Positions 28,128-37,142 of a DNA stretch of 64,000 nucleotides are shown here, piece after piece. Position numbers and translations under genes: made by a program. Numbering within the stretch: position 1 is the first letter of the stretch; every line of letters starts with the position of its first letter. The notes under the pieces are model-generated. The model saw nothing but the letters and a program-made list of their open reading frames with translations. It was not told the DNA's origin and ran no database searches. This DNA is from an uncultured Verrucomicrobiota bacterium (GTDB taxonomy: Bacteria; Verrucomicrobiota; Verrucomicrobiia; Limisphaerales; UBA9464), in assembly GCA_903939515.1 (NCBI GenBank), contig CAJAHH010000111.1, forward strand, positions 17,415 through 81,414, given 5' to 3'.

Positions 28128-28378
28128 TGGGGACGGGGGGTATTGGGGACGGGGTCATGTAGCAATTACCGATACCGCCTGGCGGACTGCACCCGTTTCG
28201 ATTTCAATCGACCGACAGCCATCCGCGGATGGCGGCAACGGCGATCTTCGAACCAACGCGGTTCGCTGAGCGGACCTTCCAAGACCGCGGCATTGGGCAC
28301 TAACCCGGGCCGGACTCGGGGAACGGATCGCGGATCAACTCTAAACGGGAACTACCGGGATCATTCGGAACCCCTTCT

Positions 28379-28409
28379 GGTGAATCAGATAGGGGATTCG
28401 TTCCCTGAC
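28379..28409 (+). repeat. Right copy of the ~31-nt direct repeat flanking the PIN-RHH cassette
   Basis: GGTGAATCAGATAGGGGATTCGTTCCCTGAC; see 27286-27316. Confidence 0.4.
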
Positions 28410-28614
28410 TCCGTTTGCGTTTGCAAAAACTCCTTTCGCTCCAGCCCACGAGGAGCAAGGGGACATTTTCTTGGGCGTAAGCCCGTGATGGGAATGGGTT
28501 CGGAAGCAACGAACGCCAGAAGACTCACCGACGATTGGATCGGGGAGCATCAAAATAAAACCACACAAATCGAGGAAAGCGGTCAGTGGGTCAGCAACTC
28601 GAGGATGCTGGCAG

Positions 28615-31113
28615 CTATCGGGTGCGTCTTGATCGGAACACGGCCGTCGCGGTCAGGAATCCCATCATCATCACACCCGGCACGAGCCACGGCAGGAAGG
28701 ACTCCTTCGAAGGCACCACCGACCTTCCGTATTCGTCGATGCCGTCCGGGTAACGGCCGTTCTCCGATTTCTCCACATCCTCGAGCTGTCGGTCTTCACC
28801 CGGCTTCAATAGCACCGTGACCTGGGGCACCTGGGTCCACCCGTGGATCCTGCTGTCGTCGATCTTTTTTTGCGTCGCGAGGCTGATCTCCCCGGGCGGC
28901 ACCCGGGAGAAGCGGAACCGCCCGGACTCGTCGGCCATGGTGCCTTCGAAAGACACAGCCGGCGCGTTGGCATCGAATCTCCTACCGAGCTGCAGTTCCA
29001 CGGCCTCGTCTGCAATGCCTTGGCGCTCGCGAACGATCCGCCCGCGCACACTCGCCCACCGCTCCAACTGGACCACGTTCGTGCCGGTCAGTCGCGCCGC
29101 AGCCACGCGAGCAAAGCCTTCGTCGGTCACCACCCACACCTCGCTGGCGCCGAACTTGGGGCTGAACTGGAAACGCCCAGAAGCATCGGTGATCGTCTCG
29201 TCCTCAGAACCGGTCGAACGGTCGTGGAACATCAAGGCACCCTGCTCCAGAAGACCCGCCCGCTGACCCGGGCTCAGGTGAACGACGGTCACACCGGCGG
29301 CAGGCCGCCCCTCCAGACCCAAGACCACCCCGGCCGGACCGGTTCCACGAGTCATCCGGAACACGTGATGGGTTTGGCCAGGACTCAGGGACTCCGAGCG
29401 CGCCGGCAGATACCCCTCGGCATCGGCCTGTACGACCGCGAACTCGGTCGATTTCGGGAGTTCCACCGAATAACGCCCGTTCGTGCCTTCAGTCCCTCGA
29501 CGGGCCATCCACTGCACGCCCGTCGGCGACGCCGTCGCCCACCCAACCTTGCCTGCCGACACGCGAAACCGTGGCAACGGCTTTCCCGTCACGGCATCCA
29601 AGGCCTGCCCTTCGATCACCCGAACCGGCAGTCGCGCGCGCTTCGACTCGGCTCCGGCCAAGGGTGATTGGATTGTTGAAAAGTATTCGTCTTCGTCGAA
29701 TTCGCCCAACCGGGATTCACCCGGTTCGAGCAAGTACAGCAGGTTGGTTTTGTCGGTATTCAGACGACCGAACAATCCGCCATTCATGGAGTTGAGACTC
29801 ACGTTGGTCGCCGAATCCCGATAGCCCGCCACACGGGTCCACAGGGTCAGAGTCTCGCCGGGCGGGAGATTCGCCATATTAAAGCGCCCGTCCGGGGGCA
29901 GATCTACCGTGCGGGAGTCCCAGGCCTGTTCGCGCGAAACCGAAAGACGAGTCCCCTCAGGCAGCGAGTCGCGATCCGACAGCGTCACCCGTCCGGCCAA
30001 TCGGTGCCCGGGATGGAGCGCAAGATCGCCGAGGTCCAGGGTCGCGCCGTCGGCACCCGCCCGAACCTTCTTCAGTGGCAAGTTGCCCCAGCGGTCGAGC
30101 GATACCATGGATCCGTAGACGTAATACTCGTGGTCGGGCGGAAGGCCGGTGAGAACGAACTGACCGTCCGTTGCGGTCGCGATGGAATAACTCCCGACAA
30201 AGCTACCCATCGATCGATCCGCTCCGCAGGCCATGACCACGACACTCGACACCGGTCGTCCAGCTAACACCACCCGACCGACGATCGACGCGCCGACCAT
30301 CGATACGAACGTCCTCCGTTCCCGGCCGGGCCGAACCTTCTCGAAGAAGGCCGGAGCCTTCATCGGAGATTCGATCTTCAACGACATGCTGTCGAAGGCC
30401 CCAGCGGAACCCAGCGCGAATTCGCCCGTGTCATCCGTGATCGCCAACGGGTCCGTTCCCTCTGGCGGTTGGCTTGAAACGAGGTTGCCAAACTGCGTGG
30501 TCGAGACCGACACCACCGCCTGCGGAATAGGTCGCCCTTGGGCATCCACCACGCGACCCAGGATGGTCCGCTCACGGGCATGGTTCGCCGTTCGCGGACT
30601 CAGGAAGGCTTGGAGCGGGCCAACCCGAGGGTCGGTACGCGGGAAAAAGGCTGGCTCGAAACCGGGTGCGACCACCAGCACTCGGAACAACAGCAAGCCG
30701 TTCACCGATGGGATCGTGAAATGGCCATCCCCGGCGGATCGTGCGCTCTTCCGGCAGTCCGCATAACAGGAAGGACATAGGGTGCCGGCACCGACGCGGG
30801 GACCTGCGGTGTAGACGAATACGTTCGCATTCGTGAGCACACGGCCGTCGGTCGATCTGACGACGCCTACCAAATCCAAGGATCCGTCGTCCGCCCACAG
30901 GTGGCCCACATCGCGAGCTGTCCAGAGGCATAGCAGGAACAGCACCTGTGCCACCACGACACCGGCTCCCCGAGGCATCCGACGCAGGGCGGGCTGCGCC
31001 AATGGGCACCGGAACTCCGGGGCAACGCCTTCAACCACCTCACTGCCGGATGGAATCGAAGGGACGAGCCGTTGCGGTGGGTTCCAACCCGGCAACGGCA
31101 ACCTTTTTTTCAT
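28615..31113 (-). CDS. Large membrane-anchored protein of tandem carboxypeptidase-regulatory-like (Ig-like beta-sandwich) domains
   Basis: 832 aa. It has about 6-7 repeats of the pattern G-R-V-x-D-x-x-G-x-P...TD-x-x-G-x-F, a CPSCYADC cluster in the first repeat, and a C-terminal TM helix plus basic tail FLPWLVPGVMMMGFLTATAVFRSRRTR. An alternative start is at MPRGAG. Confidence 0.6.
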   Translation of the reverse strand: MKKRLPLPGWNPPQRLVPSIPSGSEVVEGVAPEFRCPLAQPALRRMPRGAGVVVAQVLFLLCLWTARDVGHLWADDGSLDLVGVVRSTDGRVLTNANVFVYTAGPRVGAGTLCPSCYADCRKSARSAGDGHFTIPSVNGLLLFRVLVVAPGFEPAFFPRTDPRVGPLQAFLSPRTANHARERTILGRVVDAQGRPIPQAVVSVSTTQFGNLVSSQPPEGTDPLAITDDTGEFALGSAGAFDSMSLKIESPMKAPAFFEKVRPGRERRTFVSMVGASIVGRVVLAGRPVSSVVVMACGADRSMGSFVGSYSIATATDGQFVLTGLPPDHEYYVYGSMVSLDRWGNLPLKKVRAGADGATLDLGDLALHPGHRLAGRVTLSDRDSLPEGTRLSVSREQAWDSRTVDLPPDGRFNMANLPPGETLTLWTRVAGYRDSATNVSLNSMNGGLFGRLNTDKTNLLYLLEPGESRLGEFDEDEYFSTIQSPLAGAESKRARLPVRVIEGQALDAVTGKPLPRFRVSAGKVGWATASPTGVQWMARRGTEGTNGRYSVELPKSTEFAVVQADAEGYLPARSESLSPGQTHHVFRMTRGTGPAGVVLGLEGRPAAGVTVVHLSPGQRAGLLEQGALMFHDRSTGSEDETITDASGRFQFSPKFGASEVWVVTDEGFARVAAARLTGTNVVQLERWASVRGRIVRERQGIADEAVELQLGRRFDANAPAVSFEGTMADESGRFRFSRVPPGEISLATQKKIDDSRIHGWTQVPQVTVLLKPGEDRQLEDVEKSENGRYPDGIDEYGRSVVPSKESFLPWLVPGVMMMGFLTATAVFRSRRTR

Positions 31114-31310
31114 AATATTATTACCAAAAACTGGAACCCTACAAACATCAAGCGTTGAGTGGACCGACAGGGCTCCCGCGGATCCAAACTCGAGAATCGT
31201 TCTCTGCCCCCGTTTCCAGCCGGCATGGGTGCGGACCGGGGGCTCGTCATGCAGTGAGTCAGGTATGGTTCCAGTCGGGTCCCGATTGACGGGGCTCGGA
31301 GCGCTGGCGA

Positions 31311-32525
31311 ATGCTCTCGGGCATGATCCCTGTCCGCGCTTGGGCTGCCGTCATCCCCCTGCTCTGCTCCGCCGTTCTGGCCAACCCGTTGCGGGCGGAG
31401 CCGCCGAAGCTACCCGGCGTGGGGGCGGCCCTGCAGGAGCAAATCGACCGCCACGAAATCGCTGGCGCGGTCACGATGGTCGTCTCGAAGGATCGGGTGC
31501 TGCACCTCGAGACCACCGGACTTGCCGATATGGCAGCCCGGAAGCCCATGCAGCCGGACACCGTGTTCTGGATCGCCTCGATGACCAAGCCGATCACAGC
31601 CGCGGCCGTGCTCATGCTTCAAGACGAAGGTAAACTGAATGTCCACGATCCGGTCGCCAAGTACCTGCCCGAATTCGCGAGTCTCAAGACTCCGTCCGGC
31701 CAACCGGCGAACCTCACGCTGATTCAGATCCTCACCCACACCTCCGGACTCGGCGAGGCTGGCGGACCGGCCGAGCGCGAGGCGAAGACCCTGGCCAACC
31801 TCGTCCCGCTCTGGCTGGCCGCTCCGATGCAGTTCGAGCCGGGCAGCCGGTGGAGCTACTGCCAGAGTGGCATCAATGCCGCCGGCCGCGTGGTCGAGGT
31901 GGTCAGCGGGATGAGCTTCGACGCGTTTCTCAAAAAACGCCTCTTCCAGCCGCTGGGCATGAAGAGCACGACGTTTTATCCGGGCGCCTCAGAACGCGCT
32001 CGTCAGGTCACCGCCTACGCCAAGAACGCGACGACCGGATCGCTCGAAGCCGTGCCGCCTCGACCGGAGTTCGGCCCTCGCGACCGTCCGCCGCAGGGCA
32101 ATGGCGGCCTGTATTCCACAGCCGAGGACTATGGCCGGTTCTGCCAGATGCTGCTCGGCCGCGGAACCTTCCGGGGCGTCCGCTACCTCAGCGAGGCGTC
32201 GGTGAAACTCATGTCCACGCCGCAGACGCCCGCGACCCTGCCCACGGGCTTCTTCCAGGGCGACTCCTTCGGGCGACGCGGACTGAACTACGGCTGGGGT
32301 CTCGGCACTTGCGTGCTCAAGACGCCCCATGACGGCGTGGCCGCGATGCTCTCGCCCGGAACCTTCGGCCACGGAGGTGCCTGGGGCACCCAGGCCTGGA
32401 TCGACCCGGTCCAGGGCGTGGCCTACGTGCTGATGGTACAACGCTCCAACTTCCCCAACAGCGACGCCAGCGACGTCCGCCGCGCCTTCCAACAAGCGGC
32501 CGCCAAGGCCCTGGCCAAGCCTTAG
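31311..32525 (+). CDS. Serine hydrolase, beta-lactamase/PBP4*-like family
   Basis: 404 aa with a signal peptide and SxxK motif IASMTKPITAAAV. Class-C-like overall layout. Confidence 0.85.
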   Translation: MLSGMIPVRAWAAVIPLLCSAVLANPLRAEPPKLPGVGAALQEQIDRHEIAGAVTMVVSKDRVLHLETTGLADMAARKPMQPDTVFWIASMTKPITAAAVLMLQDEGKLNVHDPVAKYLPEFASLKTPSGQPANLTLIQILTHTSGLGEAGGPAEREAKTLANLVPLWLAAPMQFEPGSRWSYCQSGINAAGRVVEVVSGMSFDAFLKKRLFQPLGMKSTTFYPGASERARQVTAYAKNATTGSLEAVPPRPEFGPRDRPPQGNGGLYSTAEDYGRFCQMLLGRGTFRGVRYLSEASVKLMSTPQTPATLPTGFFQGDSFGRRGLNYGWGLGTCVLKTPHDGVAAMLSPGTFGHGGAWGTQAWIDPVQGVAYVLMVQRSNFPNSDASDVRRAFQQAAAKALAKP

Positions 32526-32625
32526 CCAGCCGAACGTCGGAAGCCTGGCGGGCTCCGGAATCGGGCGTCACCGATCCACCGAATCTTGCCCAAGATAAGA
32601 AAACCCCTTAACAGGACCTTATGCG

Positions 32626-32904
32626 ATGATCACGTCCTTCAAGGATGACGAGACACAGCGGTTGCACGAGACCGGATCGAGTCGGCGTTTTTCGGCGATC
32701 GCCCGAGTGGCATTGCGGAAACTGATCCAACTGGATGCCGCTGGGGAGCTTTCCGATCTTCGGGTACCTCCAGTCAATCGCCTCGAAGCGCTCCAAGGGA
32801 ACCTTGCTGGGAGATATTCCATCCGGATTAACGACCAATGGAGACTGTGCTTTCGGTGGGACGGTTCCGACGCCAGCGAAGTCGAGATTTGCGACTACCA
32901 TTGA
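32626..32904 (+). CDS. higB: HigB-type (plasmid maintenance system killer) toxin
   Basis: 92 aa. MITSFKDDETQRL...PPVNRLEALQGNLAGRYSIRINDQWRLCFRW matches the HigB/RelE-fold killer family. Confidence 0.85.
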   Translation: MITSFKDDETQRLHETGSSRRFSAIARVALRKLIQLDAAGELSDLRVPPVNRLEALQGNLAGRYSIRINDQWRLCFRWDGSDASEVEICDYH

Positions 32905-32935
32905 CACCACCCCATAACGCCATAGGATACAAATC

Positions 32936-33229
32936 ATGAAACCCGTCACGCCCGGCGAGATTCTCTTGGAGGAGTACTTGATTCCGCTCGGAATTTCGCA
33001 GAACGCCTTGGGTCGCGCCCTCGGTGTCTCGCCGAGGGCCATCAATGAAATCGTTCTGGGACGGCGTTCCATCACGCCGGAAATGTCGATGAAGTTGGGC
33101 AAATTCTTCGAGCAAACCTCGGAGTTCTGGTTCCGGGTGCAGAGCAACTGCGACTTCCGCGACTTACGGAAACGGGAGCAGGTCCTCACCGCCAGAATCC
33201 GTCCGTTGGCCTTGCTGAAAGCGGCCTGA
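32936..33229 (+). CDS. higA: HigA-family antitoxin, XRE-type HTH
   Basis: 97 aa. [49 protein letters not shown] is canonical HigA. Confidence 0.85.
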   Translation: MKPVTPGEILLEEYLIPLGISQNALGRALGVSPRAINEIVLGRRSITPEMSMKLGKFFEQTSEFWFRVQSNCDFRDLRKREQVLTARIRPLALLKAA

Positions 33230-33306
33230 ACCGCCAGAGCTCGGGTCGCGCGGCAGGAGTTTCTTGCACCGGATCTGCCGGACCAGAACACCGGGCCCGG
33301 GCCGGG

Positions 33307-34617
33307 TTAGGCGCCGGTGTTGAGACGTCCGAACTGGTGGAAGCCCGGAGAGAAGATGCGCGACTGATGGCGCAGGGTTCGCACGATCCAAGCTTGGGCG
33401 ACGAAGAGCAGGATGACTCCGGTGAGGACAAATGCGGCAGTTGCGGATTGTTTCCCGCCCTGCTCAATAAACCGACCAAGAATTAAAGGATGCAACATCA
33501 GCGGGGTGAATAGAACAGTCCACGGCAGCATGAACCATTTCATGCCGAACCGCAGCGCGAAGGCGAACAACACTGCGAGCAACCCGCACGCCAACACCAT
33601 CCATCCCAGGTTCAACCATCCCAACGGTTGACCGACCAGCCGATGCATTGCGATCAGTGGCAGCAACCAGGCGCAACATCCGGTGAGAAGGAGCCTAATC
33701 ATGACCCAGGACATGCGTTCTGCGGAGATCGGAAGCGTCCGCCAGTGCCTCAATGATCCTAGGCCTTCCATGATCATCGAAACACCCGCCGAGAAACCCA
33801 TCACCACCCAGATTTGCATCGACCCCATATCCGGTAACCGAAAGAGGAGGATCACCGCCGCCGGGAACGCGCCGATGGCAAAACCCCTCCCTGCCATGCG
33901 GAGGTAGAGCCCTGCAAATCCATCGAGGCGGGAAGGCTTGGGCAGAACCACCGCGGACCTGACGCTCTGCGTAGGTCCCTCATTCTTCCGGGATCGTTGG
34001 AGCAAAAACGCAGTGCGCCGGCGCCAAGACACGATGCCGCACATCACGCCCATCGCCAGAATGCCGCAAGAAAGCGGGTCCCAGAGGGCGCGAGGCTCGG
34101 ACCAGAACAGGGGAAAGAAACAACTCGCGATCTGGCCGCTCGACCCGAATTCCACCGTGAACACGCCCGGCGTCTTGTCCCGTAGATCGTGAGTTTCAGC
34201 ATTCGGTATGAAGCCAACCACGGTGAACTGAAAGGCGCTCACCGCCTGGGTCAGCAACAGAAACCAGAGCAAGACCCCGACATCCATGGGAACAGCACTT
34301 CCGAAACGTCCTGAAACCGCCCAACCCACCGTGAGGCCGAACGTCGGGACCAAACCGCTCAAGGGCACCACAATCCACCACAACGTGGCTCCCAACTCAC
34401 TTGCACGGATGGGCAATGACAACAGGATCCGGGCGTTCGTCTGCGCAGTGAGCGCCACCGCCGAACCCAGGAGGGCCCCGCACCCCAGAGGAATCCAGTG
34501 GGGGTCCAATCCGTGTCCGACCGCGACCCCGATGGCTGCAAACAGGAGAAACCCAAAGAGGTGCGCCAACCACCAGCGCCGGTAGTGGTCTCGGAGAATC
34601 AACGGATGAAGGTTCAT
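33307..34617 (-). CDS. Polytopic membrane protein, putative permease partner of the adjacent ABC ATPase
   Basis: About 10 hydrophobic segments. Start chosen at MNLHPLILRD, 2 nt after the ABC gene stop. The track ORF extension to 34692 is rejected. No family recognised. Confidence 0.6.
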   Translation of the reverse strand: MNLHPLILRDHYRRWWLAHLFGFLLFAAIGVAVGHGLDPHWIPLGCGALLGSAVALTAQTNARILLSLPIRASELGATLWWIVVPLSGLVPTFGLTVGWAVSGRFGSAVPMDVGVLLWFLLLTQAVSAFQFTVVGFIPNAETHDLRDKTPGVFTVEFGSSGQIASCFFPLFWSEPRALWDPLSCGILAMGVMCGIVSWRRRTAFLLQRSRKNEGPTQSVRSAVVLPKPSRLDGFAGLYLRMAGRGFAIGAFPAAVILLFRLPDMGSMQIWVVMGFSAGVSMIMEGLGSLRHWRTLPISAERMSWVMIRLLLTGCCAWLLPLIAMHRLVGQPLGWLNLGWMVLACGLLAVLFAFALRFGMKWFMLPWTVLFTPLMLHPLILGRFIEQGGKQSATAAFVLTGVILLFVAQAWIVRTLRHQSRIFSPGFHQFGRLNTGA

Positions 34618-34619
34618 GA

Positions 34620-35492
34620 TCAGTCCTTGGCCAGGGTGATGAACAACTCCTCCAGCGTGACCGGAGCCGAGAACAAGGCTTGCGCCCCGCACTGTTGGAG
34701 CCAGTCCCCGGACTGCTCCCCGCGGTCTACGAGCACCCGGAGTCGATTCCCGTCATTCCGGGCGATGACCACTCCCGGTTGGTTCCGCAGACGGACGGGA
34801 TCGCTCGTCTGGCAATCGATCATCCGGTAGCGCTGCAGGAGTTCGGCGGTCCCGCCCTCCAGGAGCATGCGCCCGTCCTTGATGAATCCCAGGCGATCGG
34901 CGAACCGCTCAACGTCGCCCAGGGCGTGGGTCGAGATCAGCACCGTGCGATCTTCATCCCGGACGATCTCCAGCAGCTCGGAATACAGGTCGTGCCGGGC
35001 CACCGCGTCGAGCCCGACGGTCGGCTCGTCGAGGATGAGGATGGACGGGCGCCAGGCCAGCGCCAGCACGAGGGCCAGCTTGATCTTGCTGCCGTAGGAC
35101 AGCGTGGCGATCGAGTCGTCGAGCCCGAGCCGGAAGGTCTGCAACAACTGCCCGCAGTGACGGTCGTCCCAACCCCGATGGAACCCCCGCACGAAGCGAA
35201 TGGCTTTTCCTATCTTGCCCCACATCCTGAAATCCAGGTCGGGGCTGACGTAGCCGATGCGCTGCTTCACCGCGACCTCGTCCCGGGCGTGGTCGAGCCC
35301 GTCGACGAGAATGCGCCCGCCCTCCGGCGAGCCCATTCCCAGGAGCAGGTCGAGCGTGGTGGTCTTTCCGGCTCCGTTGGGGCCGACGAATCCGTAAATG
35401 GAACCGCGCGGAACCGTGAGGTCGAGCGGACCCAGGCGGAACTTGCGGAACGATTTGGTCAGGCCGCGGATCTCGATGGCATTCGGATTCAT
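34620..35492 (-). CDS. ABC transporter ATP-binding protein
   Basis: Walker A GPNGAGKTTT, signature LSYGSKIKL and Walker B ILILDEP. The start overlaps the GntR gene stop. Confidence 0.9.
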   Translation of the reverse strand: MNPNAIEIRGLTKSFRKFRLGPLDLTVPRGSIYGFVGPNGAGKTTTLDLLLGMGSPEGGRILVDGLDHARDEVAVKQRIGYVSPDLDFRMWGKIGKAIRFVRGFHRGWDDRHCGQLLQTFRLGLDDSIATLSYGSKIKLALVLALAWRPSILILDEPTVGLDAVARHDLYSELLEIVRDEDRTVLISTHALGDVERFADRLGFIKDGRMLLEGGTAELLQRYRMIDCQTSDPVRLRNQPGVVIARNDGNRLRVLVDRGEQSGDWLQQCGAQALFSAPVTLEELFITLAKD

Positions 35493-35905
35493 GGGTTGGG
35501 TTGGTTCGAGAGGTTTGCGAGGGATTCACGGACGAGGGACACGATCTCGCGATCGGACAGACCGGCTTGCCGGGCGGACACGATCGCGGCCTGGAAGAGC
35601 TGTGCGGCTTCCGCCTGGCGGGCCTCCCGGTTACGATCCTGACCGGTCTCGGACACGAAGGTGCCGAGCCCTTGCCGACGATAGAGGATCCCTCCGCGCT
35701 CCAGTTCTTCATAAGCGCGCTTCACAGTGATGACACTGACCATCAGGTCGGCCGCGAGTTGGCGGAAAGATGGCAGGGCGTCGCCCGGGCGCAGACGGCC
35801 GGCACTGATCTCGCGCTGGATGCCCTCAATGATCTGCTCATACAGCGCCCCTGGCGCCGCTGGCGAGATGAGCGGCAGAGTCCAGGATGGGGACCGGTCA
35901 GACAT
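35489..35905 (-). CDS. GntR-family (YtrA-like) transcriptional regulator
   Basis: 138 aa. LPSFRQLAADLMVSVITVKRAYEELERGGILYRRQGLGTFV is a winged HTH with a short C-terminus. Confidence 0.85.
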   Translation of the reverse strand: MSDRSPSWTLPLISPAAPGALYEQIIEGIQREISAGRLRPGDALPSFRQLAADLMVSVITVKRAYEELERGGILYRRQGLGTFVSETGQDRNREARQAEAAQLFQAAIVSARQAGLSDREIVSLVRESLANLSNQPNP

Positions 35906-35912
35906 CGTGACT

Positions 35913-35936
35913 ACTGTATATACTGTGCATACACAG
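35913..35936. promoter_or_regulatory. Candidate operator/promoter of the GntR-ABC operon
   Basis: AT-rich ACTGTATATACTGTGCATACACAG, 8 nt upstream of the GntR start. It contains the direct repeat ACTGT-N4-ACTGT and the inverted repeat CTGTG-N4-CACAG. Confidence 0.35.
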
Positions 35937-35981
35937 CTGTCAAGCTACCGACCACGAGGAATCAGGCGGATTCGCTTAGGC

Positions 35982-37088
35982 TCAGGCCCCAAGGCCGGAG
36001 ACGGTGTGGATCTCGAGGAGGCCGAAGTCGTTCCAGCGGCCGTTCTTGAGTTCTTGCTGGCGGGCCTTGGCTAGGAACAATTGTTGGCCGTCGGCGCTGA
36101 AGCGGGCGTCGGTGATGCGGTGCTTGGCGTCGATGCTGAAGAGATTACGACCGCTGGCCGCTTCGAAGAGCGCAAGGTTCCAGGTGCCTTGGAACAGCCG
36201 GCCGGCCATGACGAAGTGCTTCCCATCCGGGTGAAAGGCCAAGGCCTCCATCAACCCCTGCCCGCTCTCACCCTCGTGGGTCTGGTCCAGCTTCTTGCCG
36301 GTCTTCCAATCGAAGGACTGCCACCGCTGAACTCCGTTGCCCGCCATCGGATCGCGCATCGGACCCATGCCGCAGGCGTAGAGACGCTCGCCGTCCGGAG
36401 AGAACTCGAGTGCAAACACCCCGCCCAAGAAATGGTGGCTCTTAATAATGCCCCAACTGGTCAGGTCGTCGGTCTTCCACTGCGAGACACTGCGGCCGGT
36501 CTCCAGGTCCCACACGGCCACCTCGCCCATGAGGTTGCCAGCGGCCACCCGACGGCTGTCCGGGCTGAAGGCCACGGCTTGCACCGGCGGCAGGAAGTTC
36601 CACGAATATTTCAGTGCGCCGCTCGCCGCGTCGAACACGCGGACCGACGGCTCGGCGCCGGGAGCCGGGTCGTACTTGTAGCTACCGGCCCGGTATTGAC
36701 CGGTGACACTGGCCACCCATCGCCCGTCGGGAGAAGCCGCCAAATCCCACGACCAGAACTGATGGGCTTGAACCGATCGAAGTTCTTTGCCCGAGGCCAG
36801 ATCCAGCCAGTGCAAAACGCCGTCATAACCAGATGAGACCAATTGCTGGGCTCCCGGCAGCAAGGCCACGCCACTGGCGTAACTGTCATGGCGACCGATG
36901 GCGAGTGCCTCGCCCGTCTCGACCGTCACCCGTTGAACCGAGCCGTCGAGGCAGGCGGCAAACAAGGTCTTCCCGTCCGGAGTGGATTCGAGAGCCAGGA
37001 CTGCCGAAGGGAGTTTGATTTCCTTCGCCTTGGTCAGCTTGGGCTCTGCGGGCGGAGTCGGTGACAACTTGGGATCGGTGTCAGCCAT
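35982..37088 (-). CDS. WD40/beta-propeller repeat protein
   Basis: 368 aa with repeated blades (...SPDGKTLFAA..., ...SPDGRWVASV..., ...SPDSRRVAAG..., ...SPDGERLYAC..., ...HPDGKHFVMAG...). Confidence 0.7.
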   Translation of the reverse strand: MADTDPKLSPTPPAEPKLTKAKEIKLPSAVLALESTPDGKTLFAACLDGSVQRVTVETGEALAIGRHDSYASGVALLPGAQQLVSSGYDGVLHWLDLASGKELRSVQAHQFWSWDLAASPDGRWVASVTGQYRAGSYKYDPAPGAEPSVRVFDAASGALKYSWNFLPPVQAVAFSPDSRRVAAGNLMGEVAVWDLETGRSVSQWKTDDLTSWGIIKSHHFLGGVFALEFSPDGERLYACGMGPMRDPMAGNGVQRWQSFDWKTGKKLDQTHEGESGQGLMEALAFHPDGKHFVMAGRLFQGTWNLALFEAASGRNLFSIDAKHRITDARFSADGQQLFLAKARQQELKNGRWNDFGLLEIHTVSGLGA

Positions 37089-37142
37089 GGTGGGCGATGT
37101 CCCAATCGGGTTGAACGGGTTGAATGGGTTGAATGAAACACG

